From NCBI GenBank assembly GCA_945877765.1, contig CAMDWQ010000001.1, positions 86,253 to 150,252 on the forward strand: a stretch of 64,000 bases of DNA, given 5' to 3'. Positions 27,372 to 36,900 of this stretch are shown one piece after another. The notes under the pieces were generated by a model that saw only the letters and a list, made by a program, of their open reading frames with translations, did no database searches and had not been told where the DNA came from. A program made the translations under genes and the position numbers. The first letter of the stretch is position 1. Each line of letters begins with the position of its first letter. The stretch comes from Candidatus Omnitrophota bacterium. GTDB taxonomy: Bacteria > Omnitrophota > Gorgyraeia > 2-02-FULL-51-18.

Positions 27372-28154
27372 ATGGATCTTGGGATCAAAGGAAAATACGC
27401 GCTGGTGACGGGGGGAAGTCACGGCATCGGCTTGGCGGCCGCACGGGCGCTTGCGTCCGAAGGTTGCCATGTGGCAATTTGCTCTCGGGACCCCAAGCGC
27501 CTTTCCACGGCTTTAAAAATTTTAAAAAAAGAGGGCGTGAAGGTTTTGGCGGTCCAGGCGGATGTGTTGGTGGCCGAAGATATTATCAACGCCACCAAAT
27601 TCATCGATAAATCTTGGAAGAAAATCGATATCCTGATTAATAACGTGGGTGGGGGCGGCCGCTGGGGCAGCGAGTCGATGGAAGAAACCTCTGAAAAGGT
27701 GTGGAGCGATGTGTTTGATAAAAACGCGACTGCTGCGGTGCGTTTTACGCGCTGGGCGATTCCACATATGCGGCGGCAGAAATGGGGCCGTATTGTCACG
27801 GTTGCTTCGGTTCACGGGAAAGAAGGCGGCGGCCGTCCGTGGTTTAACATGGCGAAGGCGGCGCAAATCAGCCTGATGAAATGCCTGTCTCTGAAGACGG
27901 ACCTGGTGCGGGATGGGATCACATTTAACACGGTGGCACCCGGCGGTATTCTGATCCCGGACACCGGCTGGGATGAAGAAAGAAAAAAGAATCCGAAGTT
28001 ATTTAAAAAAAAGGTGCTGGAAAATTTTCCGCTCGGCCGGTTGGGCACGCCGGAGGAAGTGGCTGGGGTCCTTTTGTTTTTATGCTCAAAAAATGCAAGC
28101 CTTGTGAACGGGGCGTGCATCACGGTGGACGGCGGCGAAAGTAAAAGTTTCTAA
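27372..28154 (+). CDS. short-chain dehydrogenase/reductase (SDR)
   Basis: ALVTGGSHGIGLAAARAL (TGxxxGxG) and the YxxxK region. About 260 aa. Confidence 0.85.
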   Translation: MDLGIKGKYALVTGGSHGIGLAAARALASEGCHVAICSRDPKRLSTALKILKKEGVKVLAVQADVLVAEDIINATKFIDKSWKKIDILINNVGGGGRWGSESMEETSEKVWSDVFDKNATAAVRFTRWAIPHMRRQKWGRIVTVASVHGKEGGGRPWFNMAKAAQISLMKCLSLKTDLVRDGITFNTVAPGGILIPDTGWDEERKKNPKLFKKKVLENFPLGRLGTPEEVAGVLLFLCSKNASLVNGACITVDGGESKSF

Positions 28155-28162
28155 AAAATCGA

Positions 28163-29161
28163 ATGATCCCTGAAAAAATCTTAAATTCTTTAAAAAATTC
28201 AAATGCGCTGGTGACGGGCGGCACGGGTTTAATCGGCCGGCAGGTCGTAGAACTCTTGGAAGAGGCCGGCGCGCATGTCCGCATTGTTTCTCTAGATCGC
28301 CTGAGGGTGAGCGGGAAAGCGGAACACGTTTATGGGGACCTGACGGATTTCTCTTTTTGCCGGGACACGGTCAAAGGAATGGATTATGTGTTTCATTTGG
28401 CCGGCATCAAGGGCTCGATTGAAGTGACCAAGGCCCGGCCGGCAAGTTTTTTTGTGCCGCTTTTGATGATGAATACGAATCTTCTGGAAGCCTGCCGCCT
28501 CCAAGGCGTCAAAAGGACGGTTTATACCAGTTCCATCGGCGCTTATCCCAGCGCTGAAATTTTTCGTGAAGACGATGACCACGCGGACGCGCCGCCGATG
28601 GATTTTTTCCCGGGGTGGGCCAAAAGAATGGCGGAGCTTCAGTTAAAATCCTATCAACTCGAATACGGCCATGAAAATTTCGCGGTGGTCCGGCCTTCCA
28701 ATGTTTACGGTCCCGGGGATAATTTTGATCCCGAAAACGCTATGGTGATTCCGTCTCTGATCGCGCGTGTTTTTCGCAAGGAAAATCCCGTCATGATTTG
28801 GGGGGACGGCTCGGCGGTGCGTGATTTTGTGTATAGCCGTGACGCGGCCGAGGGCGTCATTCTCGCCCTTATCCACGGCACCGCGCCGGGTTTTGTGAAT
28901 ATAGGCAGCGGCGAGGGAGTTAGCATCCGTGGGCTGGTTGAAACCCTGCGAACGGTCACCCCTTTTGAATACCAATTTGATATCGACAAATCTTCCGGTT
29001 TTCCACGGCGCGTCATGGATATCACGCGAGCCCGGCAGAAAATCGGTTACGCGCCCAGCGTCTCATTGGCGGAAGGGCTGAAGAAGACCTGCGATTGGTT
29101 TATGGCCCACAAAGATGAATATCTTTTAAGAAAAAATTATTTTGCCGATGCCGCTTCCTGA
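28163..29161 (+). CDS. NAD-dependent epimerase/dehydratase (GDP-L-fucose synthase-like extended SDR)
   Basis: ALVTGGTGLIGRQVVELL, YPSAE... and the PSNVYGPGD region. 332 aa. Confidence 0.8.
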   Translation: MIPEKILNSLKNSNALVTGGTGLIGRQVVELLEEAGAHVRIVSLDRLRVSGKAEHVYGDLTDFSFCRDTVKGMDYVFHLAGIKGSIEVTKARPASFFVPLLMMNTNLLEACRLQGVKRTVYTSSIGAYPSAEIFREDDDHADAPPMDFFPGWAKRMAELQLKSYQLEYGHENFAVVRPSNVYGPGDNFDPENAMVIPSLIARVFRKENPVMIWGDGSAVRDFVYSRDAAEGVILALIHGTAPGFVNIGSGEGVSIRGLVETLRTVTPFEYQFDIDKSSGFPRRVMDITRARQKIGYAPSVSLAEGLKKTCDWFMAHKDEYLLRKNYFADAAS

Positions 29162-30140
29162 TTTAAAAAAATCAAAAATCGTTGTCGCCGGAGCCTCGGG
29201 GTTCATCGGCTCTAATTTGGTGCGGTATTTTTTGAATCAAAATTACTCGGTCCGGGGGATTTTACGTCAGCGGCCTCCCGTGGTTGTCGATGACCGTATC
29301 GAATATGTTCACGCGGATCTTGCGACCAAGGAGGGCTGCCGCCTGGCGGTTCGTGACGCGGACTATCTGTTTATGTGTGCGGCTCAGACGGCCGGCGCGG
29401 CGGTAATGGCCGCCGACCCGCTCTCGCAAGTGACCCCGAATGTGCTGATTAATACACAACTTTTACAAGCCGCCTATGAGGCGCGGATCAAAAAAACCGT
29501 TTTTATCTCCAGCAGCGCCGCCTATCCTCCCACAGGCATTACCCCGGTCAAGGAGGAGCAGATGTTCGACGGTGATCCGCATGAAGTTTATTTTAGCGTG
29601 GGCTGGATGAAGCGCTATGCCGAAATTCTCTGCAAGATTTACGCTCAAAAAGTTCCCAACCCCATGCCGGTCGCGGTGGTGCGGCCATCCAATATTTACG
29701 GGCCTTTCGATAAATTTGATTTTAAAACTTCCCATGTCACCGCCGCGCTCTTACGGCGCGTCGTCGAACGCCACCAACCCCTGGAAGTATGGGGAGACGG
29801 TTCGGATATCCGGGATTTGATTTTCGTGGATGATTTTATAGAAGGAATGATGAAAGTATTTCATGCGCCCGACCCTTACGTTGCGGTCAATCTAGCATCC
29901 GGTCAAGGCACCACTGTTCGGCAAATCCTTGAGACTTTGCTGGAGGTCGATGGTTATAAAGACGCGAATATTCGTTATCTTAAGGATAAACCCCGAACGA
30001 TTCCGGCACGTTTTGTCGATACAACATTAGCTGAAAAAAAATTTGGATTTAAACCGGCCCACTCTCTCAAAGAGGGCTTTAAAAAAACAATTTCCTGGTA
30101 TCGGATGAACCCATATGGAGGTGACCGTGTCCGCGCTTGA
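29142..30140 (+). CDS. NAD-dependent epimerase/dehydratase (second extended SDR)
   Basis: VVAGASGFIGSNLVRYF and PSNIYGPFD. 332 aa. Confidence 0.8.
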   Translation: MPMPLPDLKKSKIVVAGASGFIGSNLVRYFLNQNYSVRGILRQRPPVVVDDRIEYVHADLATKEGCRLAVRDADYLFMCAAQTAGAAVMAADPLSQVTPNVLINTQLLQAAYEARIKKTVFISSSAAYPPTGITPVKEEQMFDGDPHEVYFSVGWMKRYAEILCKIYAQKVPNPMPVAVVRPSNIYGPFDKFDFKTSHVTAALLRRVVERHQPLEVWGDGSDIRDLIFVDDFIEGMMKVFHAPDPYVAVNLASGQGTTVRQILETLLEVDGYKDANIRYLKDKPRTIPARFVDTTLAEKKFGFKPAHSLKEGFKKTISWYRMNPYGGDRVRA

Positions 30141-30660
30141 AGTAGAAAAAACAGATTTGGACGGGGTGCTTTTGATTAAACCGTCGACGCATTTTAAAGA
30201 TTTCCGGGGTGAATATGTCGAGACGTATAATGAAAAACTTTATCAAGAAGCCGGGATTGACCTCCATTTTGTGCAGGATGATATTTCGACATCCAAAAAA
30301 AATGTGCTGCGCGGTATCCACGGGGACCAGAAGACGTGGAAGCTGGTCACCTGTCTTTACGGCGAGTTTTATATGGTTGTCGTTAACTGGGATCCGGCCT
30401 CCCCTCAATATAAAAAATGGACCTCGTTTGTTCTTTCCGATAAAAACCGGCATCAAGTTTTGATTCCGCCTAAATTCGGCAACGGGCATCTGGTTTTGTC
30501 GGAACAAGCAGTGTTTCATTACAAACAATCCACCTACTATGACCGCGCGGGTCAATTTACACTCCGTTGGAATGATGCTGATTTAAACCTTCGCTGGCCT
30601 ATCCAGAGCCCTATCTTGTCCGAAAGAGACGGCGGAATACCCACCATGTCGTCTGCCTAA
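30115..30660 (+). CDS. RmlC-like cupin, nucleotide-sugar 3,5-epimerase (dTDP-4-dehydrorhamnose 3,5-epimerase family)
   Basis: LLIKPSTHFKDFRGEYVETY..., RGIHGDQKTWKLVTCLYGEFYMVVVNW and PPKFGNGHLVLSEQAV match the RmlC family. 181 aa. Confidence 0.85.
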   Translation: MEVTVSALEVEKTDLDGVLLIKPSTHFKDFRGEYVETYNEKLYQEAGIDLHFVQDDISTSKKNVLRGIHGDQKTWKLVTCLYGEFYMVVVNWDPASPQYKKWTSFVLSDKNRHQVLIPPKFGNGHLVLSEQAVFHYKQSTYYDRAGQFTLRWNDADLNLRWPIQSPILSERDGGIPTMSSA

Positions 30661-30814
30661 ATCTCGGGGATTTAAATTTACCTCGGGTTCATATGATTGT
30701 TACATTGACTGGCTATACTCCCATTGAAGTCGCAAGAGGGAATAAAGCAGTTCCCTTGCAGTCATTGAAGAATAAAATTTAAAATACGGCTTCGATTAAT
30801 TGAGCGCGGTAAAG

Positions 30815-30852
30815 TAGCCGCTCCCTGTAGGGGGAGCGTTTTTTTTATTTTC
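30815..30852 (+). terminator. Rho-independent terminator ending the sugar operon
   Basis: GC-rich hairpin gccgctccc-tgta-gggggagcg followed by an 8-T run at 30839-30851. Confidence 0.6.
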
Positions 30853-30906
30853 CAATTGGGCGGAGCTTATTTTAAGTTTTAAAAAAGTAGGGGCCATTGG
30901 ATAGCA

Positions 30907-33900
30907 ATGGATGAACAAAAAAAATTCAAAACTCAATATGGAAATAGACTGAAAGCAGTCTCTGCCTTCCTGGTAGTAGCTTTTTTATCTCAGGACGTGG
31001 CTTATGCGATTGGCGGCATTAATTTTAATGCAGATTCCGCCAAGGTAGCCTCTAATCCAATAACATTCTCAAATGACACCGCCATCGTCCGTAAATTTTC
31101 TCAACGTTCGGACGAAATGGTGATCAACATCCAAGACGCCCACCAGAAGCTGGGGGCACAGCAAAGCATTTCCTCTATTCTCGATCGGCTTGTCTGGCAA
31201 TACGATCTTAAGCTCATCGCGGTAGAAGGAGGTAGTGGGGATGTCGATACCTCTGCTCTATCTAGTCTGCCCGATGAGGCGCTCCGGAAAAAAACGGGTG
31301 AGCACCTTCTCAAGGAGGGCCTTATTTCAGCCGCTGAGTTTTATTCGATTGTTTCGGGTAATCAAGTGCGTCTCTACGGCGTCGAAGAGGATGCTGTTTA
31401 CCGAGAAAATTTGGAAGTCTTTAAAAAGTTAATTGACGATAAAAAAGACCTTCGGCGCGAGTTGACACTTTTGCAGGGCGCGCTACGCTCGCTGGAAGAA
31501 AAAATTTATAGCCCCGCGCTCAAGGAGCTTGAAGCCAAAAAGATGAAGCATTTCCGCGGCCAGATGAAGTTTGCCGAGTACTGGGAATATTTTAGTAGCC
31601 TTGCGGCGCGTCTGGGGATTGCATTGGACCCATACCCCAATCTTGAAAAAATTTCAAGCACGGTGGTCTTGGAAAAAAATATCAATTTCTCTGCCGCTTC
31701 CGCAGAGCGTGAGTCTCTTATCAAAAGACTTAGCGCTGAATTACCAAAGCTATCGCTTGAGAAGCTTATTTTTGCTCTGCTTGAATTCAAACAAGGGAAA
31801 ATGGCCTCTGGCAAGTTTTACAAGAACCTCGTGGAGATGGCCGAAGCGGCGTCGATTGAGCCAACAGCATACAGCAATATGAGCACTTATTCGCGGTATG
31901 TATCACTCTACGAGGCGATCGATCTTTTGGCGGTATTTGATGAAGCGGAGCGTTTTGAAAGTAAAATCCGGGAGGCTCTTTTTGCCAACTTAGAGGAACG
32001 CAATCTCTGGGTCCTGACCCATCGAGTGGGCATTGTTTCAAGGCTTTTGGATGTGACGCTGGATTCGGCGGATTATGAACAAATCAAATCCCACAAGGCT
32101 GATTTCCAGATCAAGAAACTAAAAGAAGATCTTTTTTCTCTGGGTGTGCGGCATGGATTTTCCACAGCAGGGGACGTTGATTTTGACCGTCTTGAAAAAA
32201 ATATGCCCCTGGCTCTGCGCTTTTATGAACTAGCGTCGCAGAGAAACCAGATTCTTTTAGCCAACACACTTAAAAAAATGCGCCGGGAAAAAATTCAGGT
32301 GGCGGCACTCGTGACAGGAGGTTTCCATTCGGACGGTATCGCCAAACTCATGGAGGAAGAAAAAATTTCCTGTCTTGTGGTGATGCCCAAGTTTGATGAG
32401 AAGTCGCCGGACCGGCCTTATATCTCAGTATTAACTAAAAAGCCTAAAGAATATGAGCAGCTTTTTAAGGATTCTGATTTTTATCTGACCGCGGAAGTAT
32501 TTTTTAATCATTTTCCTGATTACGGCGAAGATCGGTTGGCGGCGCTGGTGGCAAGTCTAGACCGAGTCAGCGGAAAAAATCATTTCACCTCAGGCGTGGT
32601 CCATCAACGCGATTTTGTCAGGCGCTGGGTGCGTGGTTTACGCGCACGGACGCGTGATATACAAAACCCTGCGGTTTCTGTCAAAAAATTAAATCAGGCC
32701 CTGCGAGGTGTGTCTGCAGTCAGGCGCGAAGGCGATTTTTACCGTGTGAAAGTAGGCGAGCGAGAATTTAACGTACCACTGGATCAAGCTAGCCGTGAGA
32801 TTGATGGTAGTCCGATAGAAATCACAGCGGTCAAGGCGCCCGCTTCATTTTTGATAGAGACCGATAGCCGGCAAGCCACTGCCCAAGACGTCTCGGCGTT
32901 GGTGAATCAGTTTTCATCCAAAGTTTCTGTGTGGACGATGCCTGGTTCCACGCCAAGAACGGTGCGGGTTGCTGTCAATCGTGAAGTGGAGCGGTTTGAA
33001 AGGGCGCGGAAGGTTCGCTTTACTCCCCAACAGAAAAGAAGTTTTCAAACGGTGGGCGCGCGTCTATGCGGGCCGAATCTTACCGCCCGGCTCCGAGCGC
33101 TTCCTGAGAATCAACAGCCAAGTATTCGATTCCAGCCGTCTAAAAAGCCGTCGATCGATGTTATTCGATCTCCTCGACAAAGAGAAGTTGTCCGGGCACA
33201 GCTTGAGATTGCCGAGCTTCGTGGAGGGCAGTCGGGAGGCGCTGCCATCATGGCCCTTGATTCCAAGACTGGGCATGTGGTGGTTGTTTTTGGAAAAACT
33301 AAAAAACGCAAGCGTGAGAGTCCCTCTGTGGCCGTGGATGCGGCCGTAGAAAAACTTGTTTTAAAAGCAGCTAACGCCGGGATTGTCAGTCTTCCGGAAT
33401 ATGACGCCGAGATGTCTCATTTGCGCTGGGCCACTGGTGGTGAAAGTACCTGGGATAATGCTCAGCCACACTGGCATGAAGAGCCCAAAAACGTTGCCGT
33501 TTTTGGAGTTTCCCGTCAGGAACACGGGGGTCTCAAGCTAGGAAGCAAGATTATGACCGTTTTTAATATTATCCAACACAACGGCGACCTGGATTATCTG
33601 AAAAAATCATGGCTTGTTAACGGTATTCAACAGGTGGTGACTTTGCCTTTCAGAAAAGCTCGCGAGATTTATGTCAGGCTCATGCCGCGCTCCAAATCAC
33701 GAGGTACGTCCGACTCCAAAACGATCGCCGAAGACGTTGATTTTGAGCTCACCCAAGGGCAGGTTTGGAAATCGGTGCGTTATGCTTATGGAAAAAATTT
33801 TCATGACAATAGCCATCAAGATCTCCCTTTTAGTGAAAAAACGATCAATGATGCCTCTGCGATTGCCACCAGATGTATTGAGGAGGTTGGTCTGGATCTG

Positions 33901-36900
33901 GGGGATCGGTTTTTCAATCCTGGCGCAGTCACGCTAACCGATGCCAGTCCAGAAGCCGTGCTCGCGGTCAAACAGAGAGTGTTTGACCGGTTTAGAGACG
34001 AAAAAATATTTAATAAAAACTCTGAGCTTGAAGAATTTTCTGATGCTTTCACCAAGGCATTTTTCTATCACGACATGGCTTTTGTGATGCGTTATCTTAG
34101 CTTTGCTTTTGTGGGCACGGCGGTGGTTAATGTTATGTCGACGCTTGAGCCGCGGTGGGGGGTATTTGCCAAGACGCAGTCTTTCTCGATTGGTTTTAAC
34201 AGTGAGGGTGTTCTAGGAGCCGCCGAGCCCGAAGCGGTGACGGTACCCCTCATGCAAGATGGGGATTCAACGGCGCGGCAGATGTTTGTCCCCGATGGCT
34301 ACTACGGGACGATTGAGCAGGACCCCAGGGCGAACAATCTAATTCGTTTGCATGCCCCTTTGGTTGAATTTGACGATCTCTACCAGAGGCCAGCACCTTT
34401 ATCCGAAGGAGAGTTACACCTTTTTCCTGTCATTGGCAACCCCAAAATTGAAGTCGCCTCGGGAGATATTCGCCAGCTGGCCAGTGTGGAAAATAAAAAT
34501 GCCATCGAGGACATTCCTTCGGTGCTTAAGCGCGTGCGCGAATCGGTATTGCCCGGCGGCCGCAATCGAAAAGCACTCGATCATTTAAAAGCGCTCATCA
34601 CACGACAGGCCCAGGAGTGGATTTCGGATGAGGAGACGCTGATAGCCAAACATGCCCAAGAAGGCCGGGTGCACGAAGCTCATAAGGGAGGAAACTACAA
34701 TCTTGTTTTGTATGGCTCTGATTTTAATCTCGATCTGATTCGCCGTGTCGCCGACCAGATGCATGGCGGTATGATGGATTTGAACGTGGCTGTCATGGAT
34801 TCGGGAGAGCTTGTAGAGCTTTTTAAGAAAAAAGCCGCCGGCCGTGAAGTGCCTATCGGACCCAACACGATATTTCTAGCGGTCAGTAACTCGGGTCAGA
34901 CGCAGGCGGTCAAAGCCGCTCATAGCGAAATAGTCAAAATGCAGGAGAGGGGCCAGCTCAGAGAGGGAAACAATCTTGTTTTGACGCAGAAACTTTTCAA
35001 CGCGCTTAGCTCGGAAGGGGGCCAGGGCTATCAGCTTGAGGATGAGGTTTTGCCTTATACGTTTCTTAACCTAAGCCACATCCGTCCAGACGGTAGTATT
35101 ACCCGACGCAATTCCGAAGCAGCCAGCGTGACCACGGCGGCGACGGAGGCTGTGCTGACTGAAATGATGATCGGTGCTTACCAGGCCGTGAATGATTTGG
35201 CGCACAACTCTGCGCAGAATCCACAACAGCTAAGACCCTATAGACTCGCCAAAGATTTAACCAGCGAAGATTTTTTGGCTTTCCGTGAATTCCAGCTAGC
35301 TCACTATGAACAACAGGCGGCCAATCGCATCGGTGTCGATTCCGAAGGTCAGCCCATCACGGATTCGCCCGACCAGAAGGCACTCGGTCTGGAAGTTGAG
35401 TACCGCACTCAGTCGGTGACCGAATGGATCAAGGGATTTATGATATTCAATCTTGGCTACATCGCTTTGATTGCGTGTGTGTTGCAACTTCCTCTTTTCG
35501 GAACGGCACTGGGAAGCATTTTCAACGCCCGTTTTGACGGTGCTCTTGATGCAGTTTTCTACTTATCAGGTTTTTGGCTGACGGTGGTTTTGATTCGCTG
35601 GTGGGAGGGGCGTCCCTTGTGGGATCGTATCTTGCCTCGCGTGGAAATATTCGCCGATCACGTGGGTTATTCGAGAATCATCGAAAGATTCAATGTGGCG
35701 CTTCTTGCCAACGCGCAGGGTTTCTTGAGTCCGCTTTTTTATTCGGCGAATGTGGTGCGCGATGTATTGCACCGCTATTCGATTCGTGGCTGGCGCGGCG
35801 TCTTGTTTTATATTTATAGTCCCGACGAAACCATGGGTTTAAAAGAAGCCGGGGATGCGGACTCCGCTGGCATGGTGGCTAGCCAAGTGCGTTTTAACAC
35901 GTTCAATGCCGGCGGCCCGCACACGCATAAAATTCTTCTACAAAATTCTGCGTACAACCGTGGCATGTCCAAAAAAAGCGGTCACCAAGATGTGGGCCTG
36001 TCAGACGTTACCGATGAATTGAAGAGGAAATATAGCGGCAAAATATCCGAGACGATGCAACACTTAATCAACCGCCGCTTGGGGGATCTAAGCAATTATC
36101 TGATTCCGGAAATCGTGATCGGCTACCGGCGCGCGGTTAATCTCTCGCGTTTTTTTAATCATGTGCTGGACGAAATTTTCCTAAGCTCTCTTGTGGGTAA
36201 GTGGCCGGCTTCCGTGGTACGAAAAACTTTGGTGCTTGTGGGTTTTGGATGGTTTCACGAGACGTTTCCTATCGGCGAAAGCTCAGGACGCGCGGGGATT
36301 CTTTCTACCTCTCACCCGGTGAACTCAAGCCTTCCAGGTGAAGACTCCGCCCGGATGTTGACTCGACGGGAAGCTGCTCAACAAAACCGTAAAAAAGTTT
36401 TAAGTGAGCTTGTCAGTGCTGGCGCCAAGGAAATGGAGCAGTCTCAGATTTTGGAAGAGATAGAAGCTGAGGCCATTGTAATCCAAAAAGTAGCTGAGCG
36501 TACCTATCAGAGAGAAATTGCAGAGGCGGAAGAAGTTTTTGCAAATAAGGTGAGGACGATAGAGGAGCATTTAACTAACGCAAAAGCTTTGACAAATAAT
36601 CCTCTTATAGACGATTCTTTCTCCCCAAGTCTTGATGCGAGAGCGGATCGTGCTCGCGAAGCGGCAGTGGCAGTGAGGGAAGCCACGATGGAACAAGCGG
36701 GAAAAAGAAGAGAAGCGGCGTCAGAAAATGCAATTTTGGACGCGGCTTCACCCAAAATCAAGGCGCTGAAAGCTAACCGGCATTTGCCTGTCCCGGGGAA
36801 TCCGGATCGTATCGAGCTTAGCCAGACATTTGACGTGGTGCAGGCCGATGGGGGCATGGATGTCTATTTTCCTGGTGGAAAAAGAATCTCATTTAGTCTT

